From Laetmonice hystrix (taxonomy: Eukaryota): DNA of 64,000 nt. The notes beneath the pieces were generated by a model. It made no database searches. It saw nothing but the letters and a program-made list of their open reading frames with translations, and was not told where the DNA came from. The stretch lies in the NCBI GenBank assembly GCA_965235115.1, contig OZ249445.1:14508001-14572000 (forward strand). The letters are read 5' to 3'. Within the stretch, counting starts at the first letter, position 1. Every line of letters starts with the position of its first letter. Of this stretch, positions 1 to 12,549 are shown piece after piece. A program made the translations under genes and the position numbers.

Positions 1-943
1 GACGGCTCTGTATATCCACGCGTTTTTATTAGAAAGTATGCACATTGAGAGATTTAAACTAAGGGGAAATGCATTATCATGCCATAAAGATAAACTATCA
101 ATAAATTAGCCCTCGTCGTAATATATACACTTTATTACTTCTGACTACTCGGCCACCCGAGCCCCCCCCCCCCCCTCCGAGTGTTGGTCAGCTAAGTCGG
201 AGGGGAATTATTCCGGCGGGGGGGGGGGGGGGGGAGGGGGTATGTCCACTCCCTCATGACGAATTTTATGATGCAACATTACCAAATGTGTCCATCACAA
301 TAAAAACACTCTTTTCGACCAGAAGGAAGACATTGCAGCCCGCCAACTGTTCGATTAGGTAAAGTTACTATCACTCTCAGCGTGCGATCTTTGTTAAACG
401 ACATTTCCATTGCCCAGTTGACATAAGGCAATGACTTCCGTTCCCGGTGGGCGCTGACTGACCAATGAGCGGTGTGCCATTCATGGTCAGATAAAGCAGT
501 CCAGATTCTCTCATAATCCAATCATTACGGTGGCTCCGGTTTAACACGACTCGCCACGGACGTCAGGTGGCAGCAATTGCTGGTTCTATCACGAACAAAG
601 TCTCCATGGTATAACATTACTTTGGCCGCAGCTTCCTTGTCAACGCTCATTTAGGCGTACTAATTGTGGAAATTTTTCACATACTGTTCTAGCACCTCAT
701 CAGCCCATGCAATGGGATTGAATACTGCATGTTGTTATGCTAAATGATTTGTATCGAGCATCGGTCTGGGAAGAAGATTTAATCAAGCACTCCTTTTTTT
801 CAATGGCCAGTTTTTGCCGATGTCCGCTTGCAATAATTCTAACTAACTGAGAGGTCAACAGAAAATTACATCATCTGTGGCTATCATTTATATTCTCAAG
901 GCGTCCTGTCTTCAGCAGAAGGAGAAGGGTCAATATGTCGGCT

Positions 944-1332
944 CTCCCTCTCTCTATCTCTGGTTCTCATTCTATCTCTCTCTCTCCCTCTCTCTTCCCT
1001 CTCTCTCTCTCTCCATCTCTCATTCTCATTCATTCTCTTTCTGTCTCTCTATCTCTCATCTCATTCATTCTCTCTCTCCATCTCTCATTCTCATTCATTC
1101 TCTCTCCCTATCTATCATTCATTCTCTCTCCATCTCTCAGTCTCATTCATTCTCTTTCTGTCTCTCCATCTCTCATGTCATTCATTCTCTCTCTCCATCT
1201 CTCATTCTCTCTCCCTCTCTATCTCTCATTCATTCTCTCTCCATCTCTCATTCCCATTCATTCTCTCTCTCTCCCTCTCTATCTCTCATTGATTCTCTCT
1301 CTCTCTCCCTCTCTCTCTTCTTTCTCTCTCTG
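944..1332. repeat. CT-rich low-complexity microsatellite ((CT)n with CTCATT/CATT interruptions)
   Basis: Almost pure C/T sequence; accounts for the S/L/H-rich ORFs 877..1341 and 935..1333. Confidence 0.95.
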
Positions 1333-1632
1333 AACAACTGAGAGTGTTGGCTGGCGAACGCTGGGGGCGCCGCATGCGGTGAGAGTAATGAGTAGGTGGA
1401 TGGGTGGGTGGGATTGACAACAGGTATCGTCAGTGAGGCCAATAGCATTAGAGTTTGTAGGAGCGTCCCGTCCACGTCATAGTCAAGCGAAGACCTTTAC
1501 ATATAACGTCTACTAAATACACCTCAACCTCTAGCGCTAACTTGAAAACCAAGTTGTCTATGGATTGATGAACTGCCTCCCGGCCTAGAAACCCCCTGTC
1601 CGGACCGTACCCTGTAGATATATTTTGTGGCA

Positions 1633-2059
1633 ATGGTCGCCAGGCTTGGGGCGCCTAGAATGTTACCGGTGGCGATCGTGGGCAGGTTGGAGCAGAGACC
1701 AGTGGTGACAATACTTTTGCTCGTGCTGTTTTCGAGCCTGGGCCACCTCACGGTCTCCGACGACGACTTCTCGGCGTGCCGGGCCTCGTGTACGGATCAG
1801 GCAGACTCTTTCACCGACAGGACGCTCTGCCTGGCCAGCAAGTGCCGAGCACTCTACCGCAGCCGTGTCAGTCGTTTTGGCAAACGATTAGCGTTTTTTG
1901 GCCGGCCTTACCCTCTGAACACCATGGGAAGCGGAGCGGAGTCCGTGAAGAACTCGGGCACAGCGCCAAGGGGAGACCGTCGGAGAAGGTTTGGGAGTGA
2001 TCCACTGCAAACGACACGAAGGATTAACATAGCAACAATGGAAATGCTTCAACGCATGA
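1633..2059 (+). CDS. Neuropeptide precursor, CCRFamide-like, main coding exon
   Basis: ORF 1627..2073, first ATG at 1633. Hydrophobic signal segment VVTILLLVLFSSLGHLTVS, then DDDFSACRASC...LCLASKCRALYRSRVSRF-GKR (4 Cys, RF + Gly + dibasic site). Further basic sites RRRR and RR. Strong donor GTAAGT at 2060. The family assignment is from recalled CCRFamide architecture, not a search. Confidence 0.7.
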
Positions 2060-2112
2060 GTAAGTCTTGTTAACTTCACCGGTCTGCTAAATAATTTTAA
2101 CATTATAAAGGG

Positions 2113-2397
2113 GATTTTACCGCTGCGGTCCCCGCAACGCACAATGACGAGATTGGTTCAACTGAATTTCATAGAATGGTTTCCACTTGGGCGATGCGGC
2201 AAAAATGCCGACGCGCAGGGCGAAAATCCGTTGCAAAAATAGCAATCTAAGCGAATCACCGCAGCGGATTCCTGTGTCATATGGTATACGCTTTCCCGCC
2301 AAAGAGGAAACAGGTTACCTAATCAGGGCTGCTGCTGCTTCCCTTCGCAGCGTTTTGGGCAGAGCGAAAAAGCACGATAGAGTGGGACAGGCCTTTA
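2113..2397. mobile_element. Degenerate Harbinger-like MITE related to the 38425-38670 family
   Basis: Shares ttttaccgctgcggtcc and the right end gtggg(t)acaggcct|tta with the 38425-38670 element; left end not recognisable. Confidence 0.45.
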
Positions 2398-3206
2398 AGC
2401 CTGAGGTTAGCCCACGGCTACACCTCAGGTTTATCACGGCCTAACACCGTCTCGACTCCGCCATGCAATATCCCCAAATAATGTCCGATGAGTGACTCAT
2501 GTGGGAGAGAACTGTAAGCTTGAAAATTCACGGCAAGGAGACGATCAAGGAAGAAAGTTACTCATTTCATATTGAGTCCATCACTCCAGAACATTCTATA
2601 CGTAGTGGGACTTTAAAAACGCTGAAGTGATGCCTTGTTTCTAATGCTCAGAAGTGAGGTCTGAAAAGAAGAATAAGTAACCGTTTTTGTTGTTGGTGGA
2701 ATTCGTTGGCTTACTTTTCAATCCGAGCAGGTTCTTCACTCATAGTTTGAATTCCACTTGGAAAATCGGACGCATCGGTTAAATACAAGTGGCTAAATAC
2801 GCACTAAATATAACGTTAAATACAAAATAATAGTTACATACAATTGGTTAAATACGCAAGTGGTTAAATAAGTACTAGACGATGCGCCTCAATGTCACTC
2901 AGTTTCCCGGCCAGATGTCATCCGATCCGTCCGATTTTCCCAGTACCAGTACCAGTAAGAGTGGGTAGGCCTACTAACAGCAGCGGTTAGTGTCGGTTTT
3001 GAATTGCGCTCGATGAAATGTCATCAACCGGTCGTATTTCCAGTTTGAATCTGGTACTTCCCCATTTTGAATGATGGATAGTAAATGAATACGCCTTGCC
3101 GTGCAGTTAACCTTCAGGTAATATGAGGCCCGATGAACAAAGAATAGACATGGCCAACAACATTTTAAACAAAGAATCGCTTTCGAAGAGTAAACGCTTT
3201 CGTAAA

Positions 3207-3343
3207 GGGCCTTGTCCACTGAGCTTGCGGCCGTGCGATTTTCCTTGCGATGCGGCAGTCACAGACCTTGTCCACTGAGCTTGCGGCCGTGCGATTTTCC
3301 TTGCAGGAAAATCGCACGGCCGCTAGCTCAGTGGACAAGGCCC
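3207..3343. mobile_element. Hairpin MITE with GGGCC termini (Harbinger-like) and a duplicated left arm
   Basis: gggccttgtccactgagcttgcggccgtgcgattttcct occurs twice in tandem, then its reverse complement aggaaaatcgcacggccgctagctcagtggacaaggccc. Confidence 0.6.
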
Positions 3344-4186
3344 ACCAGGGTGTACAGATTCTGGAATATGGTGGGTAAAAGTTGAATCCTTTCATTCGAA
3401 TTCGTAAAAATTACCGCACTTGCCCCCAAAACAGAAGAACAATTTTGGGTCAGAAGAAACAAAGACTACGAGGTGAATCCAGTGAATATGGCGGTCGTGT
3501 TACGTAGGAAGACCGTTACATAATGAGAACAGCAGTCTCCACCGGAACATCGTCAGGCTTCAAAGCAAAGCTTTCAGCACGCCCTTCACCCAGCTGTTTC
3601 TGGGGGTATAACTATTGGCAGGCTAGTAGATTCTGTGATGGTCACCTGGGGCGAACCGGGGTTGGAGTGGTTGAAGAAAGAGTCCGACTAATGGGGATGG
3701 GGGAGGGGGTTACATCCTTCTTGGAACCGCCACTGGTCAGTCGGTCAAATCGGTGAAGTCGAATTGAATAAGCTTGTCGAGCTGACGCTGAGCTGGGGTG
3801 TGGGGATGGGGGAAGGAGTATGGAAGGGGAAGAAGTTGGCGACGGTTTTGTTGTAGACGAGTGATTAGGCTTGTGATGATATGTGGGGGAGGGTAACTGG
3901 GGGGGGGGTGAGGAGGGGGCAGAAAGAGGAGTTAGGTGTGTGGGACTGGTACAGTCGTGTTATATATTATATTATAATATCATATATGTAGTTGATTGAC
4001 AAGTGTTGAGGGATAGAGGCTGTGAGATACTGAAGAAAGCAGATAACATAGCATTTTGAGAATACTTGCAGTACGAGACTGAACTTGATCATCACTTTCG
4101 ATTAGTTCGTATTTGGACACTGCTCAACGCTTTAATCTTTCAATGAACAAAATCTACACACCTCTAATATGCCTTTTGTATTTCAG

Positions 4187-4209
4187 AACGACTACAGATG
4201 TTGCAATGA
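4187..4209 (+). CDS. Probable terminal coding exon of the neuropeptide precursor (..M-K-R-LQMLQ*)
   Basis: Acceptor ccttttgtatttcAG at 4185-4186. Joining to the phase-1 donor at 2059 creates a KR dibasic site across the junction, then LQMLQ-TGA. AATAAA follows at 4574. Confidence 0.5.
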
Positions 4210-4573
4210 AGCGAAAACTGTGAATTTCTACGTGAGGTGTTACCTGAAGTTACGATCATAGAGCATCATGACGTCGTTATCCCAACTTTCTGTTTACTGT
4301 CGACTTTGGCTTCCCATGATTAAAGAGAGTACCTTTAAATGATCGCCACAACAGAGGACCTTGAGATGAAACTACTAGTTTTAAAGCTATAAGGGAATGG
4401 GGAAAACGTTTTTACTAGAAGAAGAACCTCTGTATTTATCCCAGTGACAGTAAAGGAAAGAATTCGGCATCATATCAAGGGTTCCCTTTCAATGATGCCG
4501 TATTTTCTATAATTTGCCTTCTTTTGACTAACCTCACCAATACACATATTGTATATATTATAGTTGATGACAA

Positions 4574-4579
4574 AATAAA
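4574..4579 (+). promoter_or_regulatory. Candidate polyadenylation signal of the neuropeptide gene
   Basis: AATAAA about 365 nt after the predicted stop, in AT-rich sequence. Confidence 0.35.
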
Positions 4580-7500
4580 TGTCAGCGCCCTATCTTTGTA
4601 ACTCTCCTTGTTCTGGTGTACATGCATCCACACACACACTGATGTGTCAACATGGAAACGTTCAAGTGTGCCGTCAAAACGCTTTATTCTAATGTTCGCA
4701 AAGATCAGGATTCAGGTCGTAATTACGAATTTTACGTGGCGGCAGCCATATACATTAAATGGCGGTCGCCAGATAATAAAGTGACTGCCACCGGATGAAA
4801 TATTCTCACCTTGGTTAACGCAATGCATGGCACGAACAGGCTTTACCAGTAAAGGTTAATGATTCTATGCCTCACTCTATACTTTGAGTTTATTTTTAGT
4901 CGTCAACCGGTATTTGATATTACTTTAATGGTCCACTGGCCTTGTCTTCCATGTTCTTCTACTTCACAGAATTGCTGTCTCTTAAGTATGACATGTACGG
5001 AATCCTCAAAAGTCCTTCAATTCGTTATCGGCTGGATGAAATTCCTAGTAGAATAATAATATTTTCTTGCAGTATAGACCTGTAAGATCTCCAGAATCAC
5101 AGTTGTTGGCTGTTCTTCTGTTTACCCGACTGCTCTAATGTATATTTGGTGAAGTCAACCTTCATAGGTAAAGTGTTATAGGTAAAAACTCTATGTAGAT
5201 ATTGTCTAACAAAATTTTGGTAGCATTCTCCTTGAAATCTGTCAAATATATGGGAAAGTGTGTTAGCTGGAAATATTATAAAATGCATTGCACAAGGTGC
5301 TGAAGTGTGCCATGGTGAAGGGGAGATAGTGTGTTATCAGGGAGAACTGTATAGGGCACAGCAACCGGTTCAAACGGTATACTTATATTATTGCACAAGG
5401 ACGAATTTTCCTTTATCTTAGTTACACACTCTCAGAGGCAATTGTATATTCACCCTTTATGACATCTACCCCTTTGAGACATTCACCCCCGTGACATCCC
5501 AAGATATTTACCCATGGAGATATGGACATTGTGTGTGTACATGTATGTATGTTGGGGGGGGGGGCGTGCAGGGGCGTAGCCAGGCAGCGGTATTTTGTTA
5601 GGGGGGTCAGGGGCCCTAAATCCATCTAATATATTTCTTCGGGAGGGCCCACTAGTTCACAAATCAGGGAAAATACCCACGTTGTTGTAATGTCCGATGT
5701 TGGATGTCCTGGATGTCTCACGGTGTTAGCTGCAGTGACACATCAAGGAGTTTTCTATTTGTGCACACCCCTCCCCAAGGTCATACTGATCATACTTTGA
5801 GAACTGAACGAATCGAATGACGTTTTTAATTTAAAGAACACGTGATGAGGCCATGTTTCACTTTTGTTAATAAAATGCCGCACCAATACGGGCCAGAAAA
5901 AACGAAATCCTAAAATGTCATCATTTTATTAGAAAATGACACTAACTAGATATAAGTTACTAAGTGTATCTAATACGATAAAGCCTGTTTATCCTAATGA
6001 TGTGTCCATTTCCGTTTGTACCAATTGCATCTGATGCACTGATTTCCGTAGGCCGACCTGTGCAGCATAGGACCAAGTTAATAGGTAGGCCTACGAAAAT
6101 CAGTGCATGAGATGCAATTGGGACAAATGTTAGACAAATGTTAGATAATCAATTTGATTAAGTTTTATTTAAGTTTTACACGTTTGGTGCAGACAAATTA
6201 ATGATGAATAAATTTGAGTATCTAACATTCGCATTTCGTCTTCACCGTTTGTATCTGCCCTGACTTTCGTAGTTTGGTCCCAGGCTGCAATCGGTTTGTG
6301 AAAAGAAAATACTAATAACTCGGTCAACTCTGACTCGATTGAGGAAATTGACACACCATTGGAAAGAGGAGGTTTTGGCCTATCAGATACACTTGGTTTA
6401 ATCTGGACCCGGTTCCTAAAATCTTAAAATCTGAAGTTAAGGCTTAACACTTGGGGCGGGGGGCGTTCACTAACAACTTCACATGTTTTGGCACAGTATT
6501 TGGTTAGGGGGATTTGATCATTGAAACTTTCATTACCAGGGTTTCATACAGAGGGGGGCGGGGGGATTTATCCCCCCATGATTGGGACATGAGGGGGATA
6601 TCCCCCCCATCAATCTGCAGAGCAGTGTTTTTTAAAGGTATCTGAACATAGTTTCAACGTCGACAACGAAATGTCTATGAATAATCCTGACAATCCTCCC
6701 TTCTGATGTGGAATAATATTGTAATGATGCATTTATTTAAAACGTTGGTATGATTCTGTTTGCTGTCACTGCCAATTTTGTGTTTTGGGCGTAAAAATTG
6801 TGGATTTTTTGGTGGTAGATTTAGTGAAGATTCTCGCTCTGAGAGGCCAGAAAAACGCATCTCCGCAGTTCCTGAAAAAAAAATTTCTCGGGGAGGACCC
6901 CCAGACCCCCCGTTCCGGGGGGGGGGGGGCTATTTCCCTATACATTGTACATTGTATATCCTCGAATTTGCCCTATATAAGCTCTATATTTTTGAATTGC
7001 CATCATGCAGTTTACGTGCGACGCAAAGTTGTCATAATATGTCTAACCTTCTGATTGATTTCATAGTTCTGATACAGTTGAACTAAAGGGCTATAGGCCG
7101 GGCCTATAGGGCAAACCTGGGCCGGGCCTATAGGCAAAACTGCTCCGGACAGGTCGATTTGATTCCAGTATGTTTGCTGCAGTAATAATGTTATAGGTGT
7201 GGCCGTGGTGGTCGATATTCTAGCCCCGTTATGGCGAGTAGATAAAGTGAGAAGAAATCGATACTAGCGTCCGATGGTGACACATGTCTCTTATATTGTC
7301 ACAGTATGGTTACCGGCTCACAGAGAGAAACACGCTCAGGATGTCATTACTCTCTGCTCATCACCATATCTCCTCAAATTCTCACACAGCGTCATAAGGA
7401 CAAGTTTGACACTTTATTTGAAATTGGCTCCTCACTTGTTTATATAGGGACGTGCACATCGATGTAGGGTCCTCAAATTACACAATATCTCGACAGAAAT

Positions 7501-7994
7501 GTAACTTTTTATTATGAGGAATTATTGCTTTCCTTAAGCGACACGTGTACTTTCAAGCCATGGTGTACACCGACAGGGATATCAACCCGCCCGCCCGCCC
7601 CCAAGAAGAAAACAACATCAAAGCGCGGAAACATTTTAAAAGTTTTATAACATAAGTCTGAAATTTCAAGTCATGCAGGACCTGCACATAAAACACTATT
7701 AATGGATCCATTGATGTCATCCCACTTAATACTGTGTTGTTGCATGGACACTTCATCTTTATAATTAACACCGTGTATTATGTTGACAGCTCACTCTACT
7801 TACAAACGATAACGGATTTCTACGTTAAATGACCACTTCTATTTGTATTCCCGACCGAAGACAAAGGACAAAAACGCTCCTCCCCCATTTTCGATGAACT
7901 CACGCAAACTGTCACTTTCGGTATAGACGATAGTATAGGCAGGTGACGGGGGGGGGGTGTCTAACCCAGTGATAGCTATAGCTACGCACACCGG

Positions 7995-8050
7995 CGCCGC
8001 ACGCCGCACGCCGCACGCCGCACGCCGCACGCCGCACGCCGCACGCCGCA
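7995..8050. repeat. 7-bp tandem repeat (ACGCCGC)n, about 8 copies, in the AKR 3' UTR
   Basis: Direct reading; starts about 28 nt after the AKR stop codon. Confidence 0.9.
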
Positions 8051-8077
8051 GTCGTCCCGTGAATATACGTGCTGCCC

Positions 8078-8120
8078 TCACAGGTCACCAGTAAAGGGAT
8101 ACTCGCTCGACCCTTGCAGA
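8078..8120 (-). CDS. Aldo-keto reductase family 1 (AKR1B/aldose reductase-like), exon 10 (last)
   Basis: Acceptor ttgcAG, phase 2, encodes (N)LQGSSEYPFTGDL*. 43 nt, with the YPF C-terminal motif typical of AKR1. Confidence 0.85.
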
Positions 8121-8574
8121 CTGCAATTGAAGAACATGGATCAAGCGTGAGATTATTTACCTGATTTACCTGATCAAGTACAAGTCCCATTAATAAATGT
8201 GGGCTCACCCGAAATACGAACTTCAGCCTAAAACAATATTATCCAGGTGAACATGAAAAAAAATGACGTCGCGTGTTTACAACCAAACTGCCATCTACCT
8301 GAGAGTTTTTTTTATAACAAGTAACTTTCCAGTGTAAGGTAGTAGCCTACATGAGAAACTATCAGACAGCCTCTAACCTACTCCCGACAGATCTGTCGCG
8401 AGGAATTTTCTCTCAGGTGGAAAGAGCTCTGAGACTTTCATCCCGAGTGACAACGAGTAATGCCGAGCTGAACTCGATGGATCCTTGTACCACGATTTGG
8501 TGCGGTGTTAACTCGGGATGTAACTCGGCAACAAACTCGGCAAAGTGGGAGACCTGCGTTAAGCCCCCCCCCCC

Positions 8575-9389
8575 AATGTAAGGTGTTTATTAAGGTTAAC
8601 GTGTTCAATGTGAGGTGTTTATTAAGGTTAACGTGTTCAATGTGAGGTGTTTATTAAGGTTAACGTGTTCAGTGTGAGGTGTTTATTAAGGTTAACGTGT
8701 TCAATGTGAGGTGTTTATTAAGGTTAACGTGTTCAGTGTGAGGTGTTTATTAAGGTTAACGTGTTCAATGTGAGGTGTTTATTAAGGTTAACGTGTTCAA
8801 TGTGAGGTGTTTATTAAGGTTAACGTGTTCAATGTGAGGTGTTTATTAAGGTTAACGTGTTCAATGTGAGGTGTTTATTAAGGTTAACGTGTTCAATGTG
8901 AGGTGTTTATTAAGGTTAAGTGTTCAATGTGAGGTGTTTATTAAGGTTAACGTGTTCAATGTGAGGTGTTAAGGTTAACGTGTTCAATGTGAGGTGTTTG
9001 GTTAACGTGTTCAATGTGAGGTGTTTATTAAGGTTAACGTGTTCAATGTGAGGTGTTTGGTTAACGTGTTCAATGTGAGGTGTTTATTAAGGTTAACGTG
9101 TTCAATGTGAGGTGTTTATTAAGGTTAACGTGTTCAATGTGAGGTGTTTATTAAGCTTAACGTGTTCAATGTGAGGTGTTTATTAAGGTTAACGTGTTCA
9201 ATGTGAGGTGTTTGGTTAACGTGTTCAATGTGAGGTGTTTATTAAGGTTAACGTGTTCAATGTGAGGTGTTTGGTTAACGTGTTCAATGTGAGGTGTTTA
9301 TTAAGGTTAACGTGTTCAATGTGAGGTGTTTATTAAGGTTAACGTGTTCAATGTGAGGTGTTTATTAAGGTTAACGTGTTCAATGTGAT
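8575..9389. repeat. 32-bp minisatellite, about 26 copies, in AKR intron 9
   Basis: Unit aatgtgaggtgtttattaaggttaacgtgttc, with 27-bp deletion variants. Confidence 0.95.
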
Positions 9390-9399
9390 GTGTACGTAC

Positions 9400-9482
9400 T
9401 TTTGCAGCCATAGTATCCGCAGGTTACGATCACATTTTGATATTCGACCCATGTCCTCCGATGAAAGTTCAAAATCGAATAT
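9400..9482 (-). CDS. AKR1 exon 9
   Basis: IFDFELSSEDMGRISKCDRNLRILWLQ, 83 nt, AG/GT flanks. Confidence 0.95.
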
Positions 9483-9658
9483 CTGGAACAAAAAGCGTTG
9501 TAGTGATTAGAATCCATTGCATTCCCCGACTATTTATTTACTAATATAGGTCATAGATATTTCGCTGGTGTATGTGGTTTACTTTTGTTTTGATTTAAGT
9601 GGGGCGTTGGCACAATAATTCAATAGATTAGGTTATGTCAGTTCTCGGCGCCGCGCAC

Positions 9659-9742
9659 CTTGATGTTCTCCCGTTGACGGTCTGGATTGTTGCTTTTCGG
9701 TACGACCACTAGGCGGCGCTGAACCTGATACCGCAGCGCCAC
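9659..9742 (-). CDS. AKR1 exon 8
   Basis: VALRYQVQRRLVVVPKSNNPDRQRENIK, 84 nt, contains the PKS and R..EN NADPH-binding motifs. Confidence 0.95.
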
Positions 9743-11332
9743 CTGCAGCAAAAATGCAAAGCATTGGATTACATCATCAACACGGGTCACTCTCCGGGCA
9801 GAGATCGTTCACTTCATTCAATCTCTGCCACACTTTGGGCGGCACAAGTCAGTAGGCTGCCGAATAGTCCGGTGGAAGGACTTCCGTTTTCGTAACGCTA
9901 TGGTGTGGGAGTGATACGGCCGTGAGGGATTCTATATTTATATTCTTACCAATGACGTCACGGCAGTTCACTGACTTGAGGACTTGAGCCGACTTGAGCC
10001 CGTTGGGTACTGCCGTTTGAGTGACCCCTGACCTGACCTATTTGTTTTAAGAGTGCACTCTTAAAAATGACGGTTCCGAAAGGGTTCATCATGGGGAACC
10101 AAAGTTCTTCAAAGAACCATTTGGTTCTTCAGCTCGAAATGCGTTCTTTGGCTAGGCAGAGGGTTCTTGGCAAAGGAACGTAGGTTCTTCAGTTAAAATA
10201 GGTTCTTTACTTAGGTAAAAGGTTCTTCAGTTTATGAAGAACCATTTTATAAATGGTCTTGTGTGTGCCTGTTTTACTTGAATTTAATGTCAAATAGGAT
10301 TTTTCTATTCCTAACCAGGTTTCCAGAAAACATGTAGGGGAGAGTGGGGCATTGACTGACACATTTTGTCAAAGCCTAATATCTCTGCGGTTATGAATGC
10401 TATTCAGAAGCTATTTGGTGGGTGGCTGTCCATCAGACCTAGCTTTAGTATTATCGTCTTTGTGTGACTTTCAAATTATACATTTTAGAGTTATCCACAA
10501 AAAATGCTTCTGTCCGGTTTTCCTCCATGTCAGGGTCCCGGTCAGGGATTTCTATAGAAATCCCTGACCGGGACAGCCGAACATTGCCAAACTGGAATCG
10601 TGGCTGCTCGATTTTGCCCCGCAAATGTAGTTCCTGATATTTCATCAGTTATTTCTCTTGTACGATGAATGTCACTTGCTATAATCTCGGTTTTAGGATT
10701 TAGAGGTAGCTCGCGCTATGTTAAATTTTACAGATACCATGCATACAGGACGGCCGACTTTACAAAAACGGGGTTAAATACGTCGGGGCCCGATTTTGCC
10801 CGTAAAGGTCATGTGTGGCAGAGGGGTATAGTGGGGCGAGCCCCTCTGCATTATGGGAGATTGCACACAGGTGTGACAGGAATCAAAGTCCCCCTGAAAC
10901 GAACGGCCCGACGGACCTGCATTCCTAGGACTTGAAGTCCGTGATATTGTATTATTTAAAAATTTCTTCATAATCCTATCCCTAATCCTAATCTTAACCC
11001 TAATCCAATTTTGTATTTTCCTAAATATATTGTCTTATACCACGAAGTTGATGGCCTAGGACCTGCAAAACCAAGGTCCGGCGGGTCTCCATTCTGGCAG
11101 ACATTCCGCTCACATGTGCACACTGTGAAACGGTCCCTTATGTCGGCGTGCCACATGGTTCTGTTCGCCGAATACATCAATGTCAATTCAAAATCAGACC
11201 CTCCTGATTGCTATTGCTACTGGAGACTCGTCTCTATGCGACCAAGAAATGCCAGCTTTAGTAACATTTACAAAGACAGATTTTAAACGGATTGTGGCTC
11301 GGATTTGTCATTAATGTGTCACCTGAGTTTAC

Positions 11333-11414
11333 CTGAGCAGCCGTTTTGTTGTATTTCTTTCCTATCTCGATCAGCGTAGGATCTGTAAAGACAACCGGGT
11401 CGCCTTCCTTCGCC
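11333..11414 (-). CDS. AKR1 exon 7
   Basis: AKEGDPVVFTDPTLIEIGKKYNKTAAQ, 82 nt, AG/GT flanks. Confidence 0.95.
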
Positions 11415-11480
11415 CTTGCAAACAAAACAAAAGTTTAAAAAGTTTTATCATCGACCTCTGTAATCGGCGGAGTCGCTCCC

Positions 11481-11681
11481 TAATAAAGAGCCCCACCTAT
11501 ATATCAAAACTCCATTAATACTTCGAGAAACCGGCGTATCCTGATTTGTAGTTTGTTGTTGTGGTTTGTTGTTGTCGGTCATTAATAAGAAGCCCCACCT
11601 ATCAAAACTCCATTAATACGTCGAGAAACCGGCGTATCCTGATTTGTAGTTTGTTGTTGTGGTTTATTGTTGTTGTCGTAC
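11481..11681. repeat. About 100-bp tandem duplication filling most of AKR intron 6
   Basis: Two copies of taataa..gccccacctat..aaactccattaatac..gagaaaccggcgtatcctgatttgtagtttgttgttg. Confidence 0.9.
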
Positions 11682-11685
11682 TTAC

Positions 11686-11792
11686 CATGACCTGTTAGGT
11701 TTGGAGAGTGGTGAAAAGCAGGACACGACAATATCATTCTCCTGACAGAACCGGACCAAACGGTCGTTGGCAAAATAAGGGTGGCACTCCAC
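11686..11792 (-). CDS. AKR1 exon 6
   Basis: VECHPYFANDRLVRFCQENDIVVSCFSPLSKPNRS(W), 107 nt, donor GTAAGT. Confidence 0.95.
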
Positions 11793-12033
11793 CTGTAACA
11801 GAACGGGTATACTAACAGTGCATATACTATCGGCCACTCAGTATGATATCAAACAGGATACAGTGAGCCACTCGTCTTGAAGTTATAGAATCGTACCTGC
11901 AATAAGTCATTCTGTCATAATCACCAGCCGTCTTGCCTTCACAGTAAACCAGACCAGACCAGACCAGACCAGTGTGTGCAGTGTGTGCGTTTTCTTGTTT
12001 ATCTTTAATCTGACTCGACCACGCTCTCCTCAC

Positions 12034-12150
12034 CTGGTTATTGGACGGTTTTATGGAACATCTGTCTAGGATCTTCTGAAGTTGTCTCGGGGTGAAGTTG
12101 GACACCCCTATTGACCGTGTGAGGCCCTGGCGCACACACTCTTCCATGCC
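12034..12150 (-). CDS. AKR1 exon 5
   Basis: GMEECVRQGLTRSIGVSNFTPRQLQKILDRCSIKPSNNQ (inside ORF 11827..12168), with the SIGVSNF signature; 117 nt. Confidence 0.95.
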
Positions 12151-12549
12151 CTGAGACAATACAACCACTTCTCACTTGCAAAACCGGTTCTCTTTGTAAA
12201 CAGCATTCCTCACCAGTCTTGGAGTTAAATTACTCTAATTTTGAAAATCATTTCTTACTGATGTCAAAGGTAGTTAGATATGATACCATGTGACCCTTGT
12301 ATTATAAGTCAGACCTCTCTAATCCGGACATATTGGTGACCCATTAATTTTGTCCGGATGTCGAATTGTCCGGATTAGAGAATGACCTACTTTATGCCGA
12401 CTTGTATTGTATACATAATATATCTCCTCATCCCCTACATATATGATAAAGATAAGAGAATATATCTGTCCAATATTCTTTGATTATAATCATACTGAGA
12501 CCGACGGGAATTACCGCCCCATCCCCGATATTGTTCCAGGTCGTGTATT

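Noticed and set aside
670-712. Hammerhead ribozyme core (CTGATGAG..GAAA on the minus strand)
   Set aside because: No convincing stem II or flanking stems.
877-1341. 154-aa S/L/H-rich membrane protein
   Set aside because: Translation of a CT microsatellite.
8351-8560. Candidate AKR last exon after ttaacgcAG near 8553
   Set aside because: In the required phase it gives no AKR C-terminal motif; the exon at 8078-8120 has the expected length and YPF motif.
10975-11015. Interstitial telomere (cctaaccctaa-like; also near 31085-31125 and 49450-49475)
   Set aside because: Only a few degenerate units embedded in dispersed non-autonomous repeats.
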